Source: Phaeosaccion multiseriatum (lineage: Eukaryota; Protista; Ochrophyta, other classes). Taken from it: a stretch of DNA of 64,000 nucleotides. Location: positions 2,356,001-2,420,000 of the forward strand of contig OZ218956.1 in NCBI GenBank assembly GCA_965112735.1, in the 5' to 3' direction. Below the pieces are notes generated by a model. That model was not told the DNA's origin. It ran no database searches and saw only the letters and a list, made by a program, of their open reading frames with translations. Position 1 is the first letter of the stretch. Every line of letters starts with the position of its first letter. Positions 29,061 to 42,422 of this stretch are shown in pieces. The position numbers and the translations under genes are program-made.

Positions 29061-29426
29061 CCTAAATGCTCTGCGTTGCTATTTTTTTGTTCTTTTTTTT
29101 TTCGACGGTTGACTCTTTCACGAGCTTATTGGCGTAACGGCTGGGTGCCTCTCCCCTCTCTTACACACGTAGTACAATGTATCTGCCCCTATAAACAGCG
29201 TGTCATGCACGGTACCAAATACTTCTTGTCCTCTTATAGGGGAGGGGTGTCAACGGCTCGTTTGGGGGAGTGGACAGAGGAAGCTGTAGCATCGGAATGG
29301 GGATGGCTGAGAGGCAGTGCTGGTGGAAGCCTCTGAGGGGAGGGCATACCTTTGCTTCGCTGTCGACCCGCCTTGTGAAAAGAGGGCGCTTTCCACTTTC
29401 CACGTTGCCCCACTGATTGAGGGGGG

Positions 29427-30236
29427 ATGGGGGCTGTCGGCAGCCTCGCTAGTATCGGGACATGGGAGAAGATCCAGGGGGAATGGTGGACAGAGACGAA
29501 TGCCCGGCTGGAGAAGGAGGAGAAACGCGAGAAATGCCACCTGAGCCTGGGGACAGGACGAGGCCGAGGGGTCGTGGTTGATCAGTGTCTGTTCTTATGC
29601 GGGTGGAACATAGAAGAGGCGAAGCATGCACACGACAGATGGCGAGCTATGTTCAGCATACGTTCATCTCCACCCCGCGGGGGGCCACGGTCCACGGGGA
29701 CACGATTACCTGGTGCACAGGACGCCTGCACCTTGCGACAATTGATCGTGATCCTCTTAGGGCCGGGAGAAGGAGAAGGAGAAGGACAAGAAAAGGGGGA
29801 TGTTAAAGCGGGCACAACGGCATCTGGTCCGTCTGTGGGTGTCCAGGACCACAAGGCAACGGCCCGTGGTACTGTTGAGGACGTTCGGGCGCTCTTCGCC
29901 TTGCTACCCATCGTGCGCGTGGAGGAGGAGGAGGAGGAGGAGGATACGAAGAGTGAGGAGCCACCGCCATTGGAGGAGAGGCGCCGAGTCGGCCTTGTCA
30001 TGGCCTGTCTGACGCTGGCTGCCAACTGCGTATCATACTCGGGCAAAATGGGGATTTTCTTCTCGCTGGCCGATAGAAACGGGGATAAAACAATCACCGG
30101 AGAGGAGTATTACGAGTTGTGGAGATCCATCACCGAGTGTCTCTGCTTGCTTACTGGAGTGACGCCCCCGCACGCGGAGAGCATCAAGTCCGTTGCCACG
30201 TACGTGTGACTGCGCTCGCTTCTCTCCCTCTCCCTT

Positions 30237-30276
<40 letters not shown>

Positions 30277-31546
30277 TGTGGTGTGTGGGGGGGGGGGGGG
30301 GGGCGTCCTCGTCCCCCCTGTCCCCCACACTGCAATGACGCTTACACCCAACCCGCTGCCTCTGCTGTGAATGATCTACTTCCCACTCCAGGTGCGGATG
30401 GAATCTCTCTGTAGGAGGCTCGGCGCTCTCCTACTCGTCCAAGGCCACCCTCTCCTATGTGCAGTTCATCACATTCTTCAAGAAAACCCAGACACTGAAG
30501 GCTGTGGTTACCGCCGTGGAGGAACTTCCGGTAAAGAGGGCCGCGGCTCTCGCTGCTATCTCCAAAGAAGCTGCGAAACCTAGGCCGGGGTCCACGTGGA
30601 GACCGAAGGTGATGCAATGGAATGAGAAGATGCGAGGACTACCTTCTGCGCAGAGACCCCCAGGCGAAGAGCCGCTGAGTGATCGTAGCATCACAGGCAA
30701 CATGATGAGCACCAGTAATGAGGCACCGGATGAGAAAGCAGGGGGGGCGGTGCTTCCAGCGGCTAGCGGGTCAGCGGGTGCCACCTCGGGGTCGAGGAAT
30801 GAGTCCCCCCGAAGGCCGGAAGCCGCAACAAGACCAGCCGCCCCCCATCGCTCTCCCAAAGCGCATTTGAGAGTGTCCTTTGAGGAGCCTGGCCCTGGCG
30901 TCCCTTCCGATGCAATCAGTGGCCAAAGGTCTCGTGCTTGGTGGGCAAAAGCGGGACAAGCAGCAGGACTCCGCCAACCCGTCGTCGGTCCTCAACACAC
31001 CCCCATCGTTCCGCAAGATGGCAAAAGCACAAAGCAGACCGCGGGCCTTCGGCGACAACGGACGGTGGCGAGATGGAGGACGATTGCTCTTCTAAACAAG
31101 GTTTCTCGCCCGCTACTTCGCCTCGCCCCGCCCAGTGTGAAGGCTGAGAAGCCGAGAGACATGAGCGACGTCAAGCCAAAGATGGCGCATGTGCTTGCCT
31201 TCTTTCACATGTTTCATGCCCAGGCACCGGATGTGGATGGCGATGGCACGGTGATGCTGAGCCACCTCGTCACCGCGCTGCGAGGGACGACAGCGATCAA
31301 CCCCAGTAGCAGCAGCGGTAACAGCAGCGACAGCAGCAAAGACAAAGACAAGGATAATGAGGGGTCCAACTCCCATTTTCTTGCCTTGAGGGCGGACGCG
31401 GTGATGAAGTGGGGAGTAGCGGAGTGGCAACGCAAGAATCCACCAGAAAGTGGAGTCGAACGAGAAGGAGGAGGAGGAGGAGGAGGAGGAGGAGGAGGAG
31501 GAGGAGGAGGAGGAGGAGGAGGAGGAGGAGGAGGAGGAGGAGGAGG

Positions 31547-31578
<32 letters not shown>

Positions 31579-32363
31579 ACAGTGAAAGAGGTCTAGTTAC
31601 CGACGAGGAAGATCCTGCTTTTGCAGAGACCTTGTCGGCGGCCACAATCGGGCTCTCTGAGTGCCTTACGCCCCTCTATCCGAGTGCAACAAAAGTCGAG
31701 CTCATGTCAGCGACACGCTGGTTGGAGCAGAGCACAGCCCTGAAGCAGAGGAGTAATCGCCGAGAGGATGTAGATCACGTCAAGGAGAAGCGGCGGCAGA
31801 AGCTCCTTCTGCAGGTGGCGAAGGCAGAGAAGGAGAAAACGATGAACCTTTTCCATGTAGCTGCAGGGGACGCCAACACCCCCACTGCCGATCGGGTACT
31901 GCTTCGAGATCTGATTATACACGCGCGTATTAAGCGGGAGGCGGTGGAGAATGCCGAACTGAGCGACCAAGGTGTGCTCAGTCTGAGCGAGTTCGGCGCC
32001 CTCTGTCTCGGCAAGCTGCTCACCGCCAGGGACCGGTACATGGTGGACCGCAGGCTGGAGCGGTGGGCAGGGGCCACCGATTTTGAAGTAGAGCTGATCG
32101 ATGTCGAGGCCCGACAAGAGGAAGGCAGTGCGCGTGGGGCAAGCGTCACACTCGAGGACAGGGAGACCAGCGGTGCAGCGAGCGACGCGAGGAGGGAAGC
32201 ACTTCGCAGGCCGGAGATTGTGCGGAGAATCAAAATGCTTCGCTACCGAAAGAGAGTCAAGACTTTGGTGGAGGCCAATGTATACGGCGACTCAAAGGTG
32301 CCAGGTAGCACCCAACGGACCCCAGCGGTGCGCCAAAAAAAGTATGTTGGCGGCGTATTGTGA
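29427..32363 (+). CDS. Uncharacterised EF-hand protein with N-myristoylation motif (2 exons: 29427-30199, 30392-32363)
   Basis: Starts MGAVGS (MGxxxS). EF loop KMGIFFSLA-DRNGDKTITGEEY resembles calcineurin-B/NCS EF3; a second EF-like loop is DVDGDGTVMLSHL. A GT-AG intron at 30200-30391 joins the two ORFs in phase. Confidence 0.7.
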
Positions 32364-32857
32364 TGGGAGTGGCGATGTATACTTACTGACTTCATAGGAA
32401 TCACCGAAGTGTGGGGAAAAAAGAAGGATGGATGGATGGGTGGATGGGTGGAATACACGCGTGTGTAGGTTTTGAAAACGCTGAGATGCTAGTACGCTAA
32501 GTGCTGGACCACCCATAAACTTGTTAGATTCATACACTCCAAGGTGAACGAACAGCGGCTTGTGGGGCCTTCCAGTAAATAGAGCTGTCTGGCAGGCAGG
32601 CAGGCTGAGAAGAAAAACAAAAACAAAACATGTGTGCGGAGGCGTGAGTACTCCTTCATGTACCAAAAGACCGCACTTTCTCCTCACTGCACAACTTTCT
32701 TTGTTCAATGCGACATACATGTCCACCCTCCGTGTCGAGGGAAAAGGGAGGTCGAGCAGTCAGTCAGGCCTCCGTCTAGACTTTACTTTCAAAATCGACA
32801 CTGAAAGCACGTAAATCGACACAAAAACCACCTGCTCCTGCTGGTCGGGTGCGGCTT

Positions 32858-33363
32858 TCACACTGCCGCCGCGGACACGCTGAAGCAGTAAGTCCCTCTG
32901 GCCACATCAAGAGTGCCCTCCACATTCACCACGTGCGACCCCGGCACTACCTCGACGGGCTCTGGTACGAAGCGGAGCAGCTGCTTCCAGTGCCCCATAT
33001 CGGCAGGGCCAGAGGTAAGAGTAAGATCACGCGGATCACGATCACCATCTGTAGTGGTGCTCTTGTCATTGTCGGGGAAGGTCGTGATGAGGATGGAGTC
33101 GCCAAGGTCCAAATCTATCCAAAAGGCCACCGCATGGAGAGTGCCTGGCCGTGTTACTGCAGCAGAGGAGCAGGAGGAGGGATTGCGCAAGTGGTGGCGT
33201 GGAGGAGCGCATGAAGAGGCGGTGGAGGATGGAGGGTGGAGGGTGGGCGGAGGGAGGGAGAGAGAGCGGGACAGAAAGAGAGAGGAAGAGACGGAGAGGG
33301 AGTGGGAGTCAGAGGGGAGACGGGGAGAGAGGGAGAGCGCGCGCGCGCACGAGAGAGAGGGAG

Positions 33364-33419
<56 letters not shown>

Positions 33420-35432
33420 TGTGAGTGGGAGGGAGAGACTACGGACCTGGGAGCTGAAGCGAGGCCGAGCAAGACGTAGGCTCTTGGTTGTAGTCCATCG
33501 TCAGAAGCGAGGTGCGAGCAGTGAGAGCCTCGTTTGGGTACATGGACAGGGGATAGGGGTAACTGAGGCATGAAGGGTGCGGGCGGGGGGGGGAGAGGGT
33601 AGGGGGAGGGGGGGAGGGTCGAGCCAAGGAGGAGGGTGTGGCGGGGGTGAGAGGAAAGGACGATGACCACAGCTGGGGTGGGGGGAGATGGAAGTATTGT
33701 GGAAGGAGTTTGGGTTTGACGAGAGGGGCTGAACTGATCGGGTGTGGAAGACAGAGTAGAAGTATGTGCGTGTGTGTGTGTGAGAGAGAGAAAAGGAGCA
33801 ATGGACCAGCCTGGCGCATCAAAGACCAAGGAGGAGGAGGAGCAGCAGCAGCAGCACCACCACCAGCAGCAGCAGCAGCAGCAGCAAGGAGGCAGGGGTA
33901 TGCTACGTGCGTGTGCGTGTGCGCGTGTCTCAGCCGAGGCAACTCACTTGTACTCGCTCCACCTCCGTATCTTACGATCGAACGGCGAGTGGTCAACGCC
34001 GAGGCAGCTGCTCCCCACCAGGCCGTGACTCCGTGCCAGGGAGGGCAGGCTCAGAGCGGCGCAGCACACACTCGCCGCTCGTGGCAGCACTTGGGCCTCT
34101 GCAGAGCCCAGGACAGGGAGGGACCCAAAACAAGCGTTAGAGCAAAAAACGAGATATCCACACACAACTCCACACAGACGGAAAAGATGTCAACACAAAT
34201 TGGATGGGCAAAAAGCATTGACTGCCCCAACACCTGACCGCAACCATAAAAGCGACCGAATAACCAACCGACCGACCGACCCACCTACCGACCGACCGAT
34301 CACACCTACAGTAACGTACCGCACCGTACCGTACCTGGCTTGAGCAGATAGCGGAAGGAGTGCTTGAGGACCCAGAAGTTGAGTGCTTGTGTGACTGTGA
34401 GCTGCTGCATGTTGAGAAACAGCGGCTCGCCAACCACCACATCACAGAGCACGGGCTCCCCGTCATTGCACGGGTACAGCTCTAGACAAGAGAAGCTCCG
34501 GAATAGCTCCTCCTCCTCGTCGTCATCGTCCTCGTCCTCCTCGTCGTCATCGTCGACTTGGTCGTCGCTGCCGTTAACAGCATCACGAACAGCCGTTGCT
34601 GCAGCTGCAGGAGAATGGATCCCAGTCCATCCTGCTGCCTTCTTTCCACCTCCCCCCTGCTCCACTAGTTCGCTCCTCCTCCTCTTCCTCTCCTCCAGCA
34701 CCTTGTCGCTGGCCCTGCGTCCAATCTGATCGACGAGGTGACAGGACCACTCCTTGTCCTCGTACGAGATCACCCTGACCCTCCCGGCCCCGGCCTGCAG
34801 GGCCATCAGTCCGCAGATGGACCCGTCGCTGATGTCCAAACACACCAAGTCGCTCTTTTCAGCAGAGTGTTGCGCACTAGCAGTTGGTGGTACAGCGGCA
34901 GCAACAGCAGCAGCAGCAGCAGCAGCAACAGCAGAAACTCCATTCCCAGCCCCGTCGCTACCCCCCTCGCTTGCTGCCTCTGCCTCCATTGCTTCCGCTG
35001 ACTCGAACCCCACGGCCCTGGACAGCGTCAAGCGGTGGAGGAGTGACCCGACCGCTTGTCTGTAGCAGCGCATACGATGAGCGCTATTGAGCATGCCCAT
35101 TCGGTCCGCGTTGAGCAGCACATGCCACCCACAACCACAGGCGCGCCGGGACACCTCGTCTTGCCATGTCATGGCCCTCTTCCTCCGCCGCTTATTGCTC
35201 GACTTTGCTGTTGTACCACCAACTGGTGGAGCAGCATCTACGCCGTCGCTTGCTTCCTGCGGGTCTCTCTCCCCTCTTGTTTCGCAGTCTCCAGTTGTAG
35301 CTTCCTCCGAAATGGCCGACACCGTCAGGTTATCATCCTCGCCTGTCCCTTTCAGTCCTCCTCCTCTTCCTCCTTCTCCTTCTCCTTCTCCTCCTCCTCC
35401 TCCTCCTCCTCCTCCTCCTCCTCCTCCTCCTG

Positions 35433-35466
<34 letters not shown>

Positions 35467-37939
35467 CTGTACTACCGGTACTATGACCGCCATGGTGGCC
35501 TCCTTCTCCTCCCCCTCATCCCCCTCCTGCTGTAGGACCTCGTAGATGAAGCCCACGTTACCTTGCAGAACCTTCAGCAAGACCTCCCCCTGCCACGGCC
35601 TGCTCTCCCCCTCAGCTTGGGCGCCAATCTCGATTCCCCCTCCTCCTTCTCCTCCTTCTCCTCCTCCTCCTCCTCCTCCTCCTCCTCCTCCTCCTCTTGT
35701 TCTTCTTCTGGCCCACGCCGTGTCCAAAGGATTGGGAAACAAGGTCACCGTCTGCAGCCAATGGTCCTGAAAGTCCTCCGCGACAAGCTGCTGGTACGGA
35801 CTGGTGGAGTAGACCACACTCCCGTCTCCCAGCAGGTCGAGCTCCCACCAGTTTAGCAGAGCATCCACCACTCCATCTTCTTCATCTTCACCCCGTGCAC
35901 CGCCGACCCCCACTTGTTGAGCTGTTTCCACTGCTGCGCCTGCCCCTGCCCCTCCTCTCCCTCCTCTCCCTCTTCCTTCAGTAGGTATCCTGAGTACTCT
36001 TTTTCGATACCCATCCGAGGGAAATGGTACGCGGAAGTCGAAGCTACGACCGAGGCAGAAACGGAACGGAAGGCAAGGGGGGGGGGTGGGGTGGGAGGTG
36101 AGAGGGCATACATGCATGAGCCGCAGCAGAGAGCCACACACAACAAACAGAAGAAGGAAGTCGTATCATGGGATTGAGTCGCTTTCGGTTATCCCCCCGG
36201 GCAAGCTACCACACATGCCCCACACCAAGGCTGCATATGTACCCTGTGCTCTATACCGTATACCCTATACTCTACACCCCATGCCCTATACCCTACACCC
36301 TATACCCCATACCGTATACCTACACCCTATATCCTCTACTCTACCCTTGTCTACCCCACACCCTTAGTCCTATAGCCTATACCCTACACCCCATACCCTA
36401 TACCCTATACCCTATACCCCATACCATATACCCAAACCCTATACCCTCTACCCTACCCTTTAAACCTTTGGCCTATACCCTATACCTTATACCCTACACC
36501 CTATACCCTATACCCTATACCCTATGCCCTATACGCTATACGCTATACCCTATACGCTGTACCTACACCCTATAACACCTCTCCATCCATCTAGATATAT
36601 CCCTGCCTCCGTCTCCACCTCTCATGTGTGCGTCGCTCACCTAATCACCTCAAAGGCACTGCTCACGGTCTGTCCGTCGGGCACCTCTGTCCAATGTACG
36701 GGTACAGCAACTCGCAGCCCATCACACTTGGCCGCCTCAGCGTTGCGAGCGAGGGGGATTCCGGGTGCGATGAGAGTCGAGCTGAGGTCGTGCTGGGGAA
36801 TGAGGGGTCCGTGGGTGGGTGGTTGGGGATGAGAAGAGGGGAAGAGAGTCGGGGAGACGGAGAGGGTGAGAGAGAGAGAGAGAGAGTCGATAGAAAGCAC
36901 AGAGATGGAGGGAGGACAGAAGGAGAGAAGAGAGAGAGCAGGGGAGTCAGAAAGCAGCGAGAGAGAGAGCAGCGAAAGCGCAAACGCAAGCACTCAGCAC
37001 CAGCACCAGCACCCACTACCAAAGGTTTGATTTGTGTGTGTTTTCCTAAGCGGTATACACTTGTCCTTACCATGGCCCTCAGGGCTGGGCTGCGCACTAG
37101 CTGTCCAAAAACGGTGGCCCTCTGCGGTATGATGACGGCGTTGGGGACGAGGAGGTGCTCCAGGGCATGGCGAAGGACGGGAAGGAAGCCCTCCCCCAGC
37201 AGCACGCTTGTCGGCGAAGAGCAGCAAGACAGGAGTAAGGGAAGGCAGGCAGGCAGGGGAAGGCAGGAAGGCAGGCAGGCAGGCAGGCAGGCAGGTGGGT
37301 AGAAGGGCAGACAGGAAGAGGAATGGAATGGACGGGGTCAGAAGGGTGACAGGAGACAAGAGGAGGGAGGAGGTTTCCGGATCGCCTCTACGCGCCTGCC
37401 TGCCTGCCCACACGCCTGTCTGTCTGCCTGCCTGTCTACCCATACGCCTACCCATATGCCTGATCTCCCTCCTGTCCCTCCCGCGCCTGCCCGTATGCCT
37501 GTCCCCACTCACCTGTCGAGGAGCTCACTAACGAGCATATCCGCTCTGGTGGACATATCCACGCCCACGACGAGGTCCGTACTCTTCTTGGCGACGACTC
37601 GGATGGGGCACCCGGGCACTTTATTCAGAGCAACCACCTGCACAGGATCGGTCACCCCACGGGTTCGGATACGGCCCTCTCTTCTTACTCCCTAAAGAGT
37701 ATTCGCTCGCTCTCTCTTTCTCAACTCACCTCTTTCGCGACCTGCGCCATGGCCACAAACATTTCGCAGGCAATGACCTCCTTGGCACCAGCCCGAGCCT
37801 GTGTGGGAAAACACAATAAGGCGGTTTCAGGGACGCGAGAGTGAGAGGGTGTGGGGAACACGCGCGTACAGCGCAGACACACACAGACAACCACACATAT
37901 ACGCACACGTACACACACACTCGCGCACACACACGTCAC

Positions 37940-37992
<53 letters not shown>

Positions 37993-38820
37993 GCCACGAC
38001 TCTACGTACCGCGAGCAGCGCCAACAAACCCGTCCCCGTCCCGATGTCTAGCACCACAGGCGGGCGCTGGTGCTCCGCCGTAAAGTTCCGGACCGCCGTG
38101 GTGATGGCGGCTTGGTAGAGAGCGTTGCGCCGCTGGTCCCTGAGCATGCTCGTCATCTGGCTCATGGCTTTGGGAGGGGGGTGGGGAGGAGGGGAAGAGG
38201 GGAGAGGGATGATGAGGGAGAGGGGCGTCAAAGAGCTGCCGCAGTGCTGCTTGCAAGGGGCGTGCAGTGGGTACTGTTACAGGAACGCAGCTGAAATGCG
38301 ATCTGTTGCACACTCACCCATGACCTTCTCGGTTTCCGCCTCGGGGTCCTCTACAGGAAGCCAACGCAGCCCTCCATTGTCAGGGTCGACGGAGGCGCTG
38401 AGGAGCACCGGCGTGGTTGTCGGCCCTCCTGGTCCTCGTTCCATCTTGCTTCCCACAAGAATCTCCTCTACACCATTGTAGCAGGGCACACATAATCATG
38501 CGCGTGCGGAAAGTAAGTCAGGGGCAAGAGAGCATCAACAGCAGACACAGAAAGGTGATCGAGAGGTGTCTCTGTCTCCCTCCTCTCAAAGTGCATGCAT
38601 CAAGAGCACACCCCCTAACAAGTGAAGCGTCTCTATCTCCCTACTCTCAAGCGCACTCCCACATACCTGCCGACGCCGTTGCTGCAGCCTCGCCCATGGA
38701 TATGACCGTAGCCCCACCCCCCTCCTCCCCCAGGTCATCCGTCTCATTCCTGCTAGTGGGGAGCATGAACTGCTCACCAATGATGGCTCCATTGTACTTA
38801 TCACTGGATCCAGCGTACAT
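32858..38820 (-). CDS. PRMT7: Protein arginine N-methyltransferase 7
   Basis: SQMTSMLRDQRRNALY; motif I VLDIGTGTGLL; VIACEMF; KKSTDL..RADMLVSELLD|SVLLGEG; IIPQRATVFGQLV; WWELDL; DHWLQ; CGCGWH..RMGMLN; a second degenerate MTase half ends ..GHWKQLLRF. The first exon 38820-38667 (MYAGSS..) splices in phase onto EEILVGSK. Confidence 0.9.
36241..36575 (+). repeat. Degenerate (CCCTATA)n heptamer array in a PRMT7 intron
   Basis: Units CCCTATA, CCCTACA and CCCATA, read directly. Confidence 0.85.
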
Positions 38821-39228
38821 TGGGGAAGGAGGGGGAAATGAGAAGAGAGATGGACGGAAAGTGAAGGTGGGGATAAGATTTTCGCAGCCAGCCAAGTTGG
38901 TTATCCCCACCACAGTTGGCGGTCTTCATTTTTCTTTTTTTTTCTAATCTTTATTACAGTGTACAAATCCGCCCACGCCCCCCCCGTTATCCCCATAAGT
39001 GCTGTGCTCTCGCATTTGTTGCACAACAACGAAATGGTGCTACATCCGCTCTACTCTCTACTCTGCTCTGCTCCTCGTCGGACCCACACTATCACCTCAT
39101 AAATAAGCCCCCTTCCTTCGTAAAAAACTCCCCACCTCCTCTCCTTCCAACCTGTGCTTGGCTTCAAACAAAATCGATGCGGACATGCTCTGCCGCGTCC
39201 AATAACTGGCAGCACCTGCCGAACCTCT

Positions 39229-41963
39229 TTACATGTTGGTGGTGGGCATGAGCCCGGCCTTATCGTAAACAAGAGGCACCAGTGGATGGTCCACCACCTG
39301 CCCGTCCTTGACGTCGCCAATCCAGGCCTTGTAGCTGCGCCAGTCCTCCAGGTCGGTGGTACGCTCGAGGTCATCGCGGGTCTCCATAGTCGTTCCGTGA
39401 CAAATGTACGAAACGGTCAGGGCCAGGCGCTTCTCGTTGCCCACCGCCACGTGCGAAACCCATCTGAGTGATGATCAAGGACATTGCATGTGAGAGGGGC
39501 AGGGCAGGGGCAGGGCAGGGGGGGTTGCACAAAAGAAAATCGGTGTGAGAGTGAGCTCCTAAGAGCGGTCTGCCTCGTAACGCCAACCCATCTCTCGAAG
39601 CTCTTCCATTTGTCCACGGCTGTCTCCTCTCCCCCCTCGCCCGCTTGCCCTCCCTTCAGCACCATTCAAGGTCAAATACAATATGCCCCAGCTTACCCCG
39701 AGTGCCACGTTGCGTCTCCGAGGGCCATCGCTCCATGTGACTTGGGTGATCCGTAGCGGTCGGAGGCGGGCTCGCCATTGTCCAGCGAATCCTTCACCAC
39801 TTCAGTGCTGTCCCGATGGTACCAGTAGAGACTGGCGTAGTCTAGGTGGCTGCCGCTGGCGAAGACGAGGCTGGAGGCCCCTTCCTCGAGGGATCCCATG
39901 GGGTGCAGCGGCATCCACGCCGTCACGAAGTCGTTTCCTGACGGTGGAGGGGCGAGGGGCAACAACAAAACGACCCAAGAGCGAGAGAGAAAGCACAGCC
40001 AGAGTTCGTTGGTGCCTCGAGCGGGGAAAGAGTCGTGGACCCGCCTCCATGTACGCGTGCTCTCTTCGCCCCTTGCTAGGGTACTGCACTGCCTTACGCT
40101 GCCTTCCACCTACCATCGATCGGGGCCATGTTCAAGTCCACGTGCCACGCTGAGAGAGGAGGGGGGGGGGGCAAGAGAGAGACGAAGAGAGAGAGAAAAA
40201 GATGCAAAAAATGCGTGGCAGAGCCGGGAGGGGCGGGGAGGGGATGAAAGAGAGCTGTGAGTCGTTTGCTTTGTTCGGCCAGCAGCAACCAAAAGCAATG
40301 AGCCAGCTGCATCGTTTGCTTTCCAGCAAGATAAAAGCCACCGACGGGGCTGGCGCTCCCCTCTCCGTCCTCTCTCCGGCCGTCCACTCACATGTCTTGC
40401 CGAAGCCCGGCTGCTTGCCAAAGATGCTGTCCTGGTAGACCCTCACGCGGTCACAGCCGAGCAGCTGTGCAGCGGTGGAGGCGAGGCGCTTGGAGAGCAC
40501 AATCTGGCGGGTGGCGTAGTTGTCCACGCGGGGGTCGGTGTCGTCCACCGGCAGTCGCCAGATGTTTAAACTGCACCACGCGGGGGGAGCAAGTGTTGTG
40601 AGCAAAAGCGTCGGGGGTCAGAGGTAGGGACAGGGTAAAGGGTGGGAGGAGGACGTCCATACGCTGCCTTCGTGGACTTACGCTTGGTAGTACTTCTTGT
40701 CCTTAAAAGGCACCTTACGGTACTTGCGCAGCACATCCGCCTTGCTGAGCGCGTCCAGCGCGGCATACTGCTCGGTGTAGTCCTCATCGTCGTCGTCGAT
40801 CTGCTGCCCCACCATGTGGCGCTTCACCTCGATCTGTAGAACCGGGGACGTACGGGGGAAGAGAGAAAGTGTTGGAAGGGGGCGGGAGGCCAAGGCCGAG
40901 GCCGACAAAACAAGAAAATAACAAGACAAGCCATCCGGGGACAGTACAAAGCACAAATCACAAAGTACACAGTGCAGAGTGTGGTTGCCTCTCACCTCAG
41001 AGTTGACACAGGACTTGATGATGGCAGGCCGCATCACCTCCATTTGCTCCGCAGAGAAGAGACCTCGGGTCACCGTATGGCCTGATAAGCACACACCGCC
41101 AAGATCGCCGACACAAGCGAATACATGAGTGTCACAGAGAGCGAGGCGTGAGCAGAAGCGTAGGGCACCGCGGTTCCCCTCCACCACTACTGGCTCCTTC
41201 CAGGAAGGAGCTTCAAGTGGGCGTTTCCTCCTCTGCTGCTTCAAGCCCGCACCCCCCCAGGCTCGCCATACACGCGTGCCAACACCAGCCCCCTCCCCTC
41301 CCCTCCCCTCAATCTATGTCTCTCTCTCTCTCTCTCACACACACCGTTGCGAGAGTAGTCCAGCTGGATCTCTAGCGGAATGTCGGGCTCCTCCTGCAGC
41401 CAGGGCATGTCTGGCCTGCCGTCTTTGTTCTCCCCGTTGCGGTACCACTCATCTCCGCATGACTGCACATCCTTGCATCCCAGCACCCACAGGAGTTGAT
41501 CGCCCTGAGGGTTGGGAGGAGAGGGGGCGTTAGTGTGTGACTCTCGAGGGTTATCAGCGGGGAAAGCCGGAAAACAGACGGTCCCACTTACAGTTACAAG
41601 AGACCACGGGTTGCCTTCCTCCTCCTCTGGCACAACGTAGTCGTCGTCCTCCTCCTCCTCTTCCTCGTCGTCGTCTTCATCCTCGTCTTCATCTTTCTCT
41701 TCATCGTCCTTGTTCTCAGTAGCGCCCCCCTCAGCCTCGACCTTCTCCTTCGCTTCCTCGGCAACGAGTTCCGGCTTTCTCTCCTTCAGCAGCTCCGGGA
41801 CAGCAGCGGCAGACTCTGACCGCGAAGCCTCTGCGGCGGCCGCCTCCTTGGAGTCCTTGCTAGAGCCATCGACCGAGGTCTCTAGCGCGGTTCCCGCAGC
41901 CCCCAAAACGAGCAGCGCCGCAAAGAGAAAGCATATCTTCCTCTCGCGCGGCATGAGAGCCAT
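39229..41963 (-). CDS. Phytanoyl-CoA dioxygenase (PhyH)-family Fe(II)/2-oxoglutarate dioxygenase with signal peptide, about 8 exons
   Basis: Hydrophobic N-terminus ICFLFAALLVLGAAGTA; GHTVTRGLFS; AAQLLGCDRVRVYQDSIFGKQPG..T|AWHVDL (HxD); FVTAWMPL; LVFASGSH; GDATWHSG|WVSH..RLALTVSY; DLEDWRSY..HPLVPLVY. Confidence 0.85.
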
Positions 41964-42422
41964 TGCGCGACAGCTCAGCTGCTGGTGTATATGCTACTCC
42001 TCCCTCACACGCTTCGCTTTGTCTTCTTTTGCTTCTTGCTTTCCTCCATTTTTTCCGCCTTCCGGTTTTCCTGTTCCCCCTTCCACTGCCAGGGGGATTC
42101 GGGATTCGGGGGGGGAAGGGGGGGGGAGATTTGGGCCTCCATGACCCATTCAAAGGTACTTAAAGTAAATTTTTTCATGTGCCTCCCCCTCGAAGTATTG
42201 AATCTGCGGTCTAGGGCCCCGCAGAGGGATACAAGCTTTGAGAAGAGTGGAGAGAAGGAGATTCTACGGGAGAGGTGACAGACTCGAGGCTGACACGCGT
42301 GTAAGTGGAAGAGAAAGAGGATCGTAAAAATAGGTAGCCCCTCGACCGGGGGGGGTTGGAGGACGAGGAGGAGAAGGACGTTCAAGATGGGCCCGAATGC
42401 TTCGTCGTTATCACCATCTGTC

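Noticed and set aside
38647-38913. Stand-alone small ORF
   Set aside because: Better explained as PRMT7 exon 1, which splices in phase to EEILVGSK.
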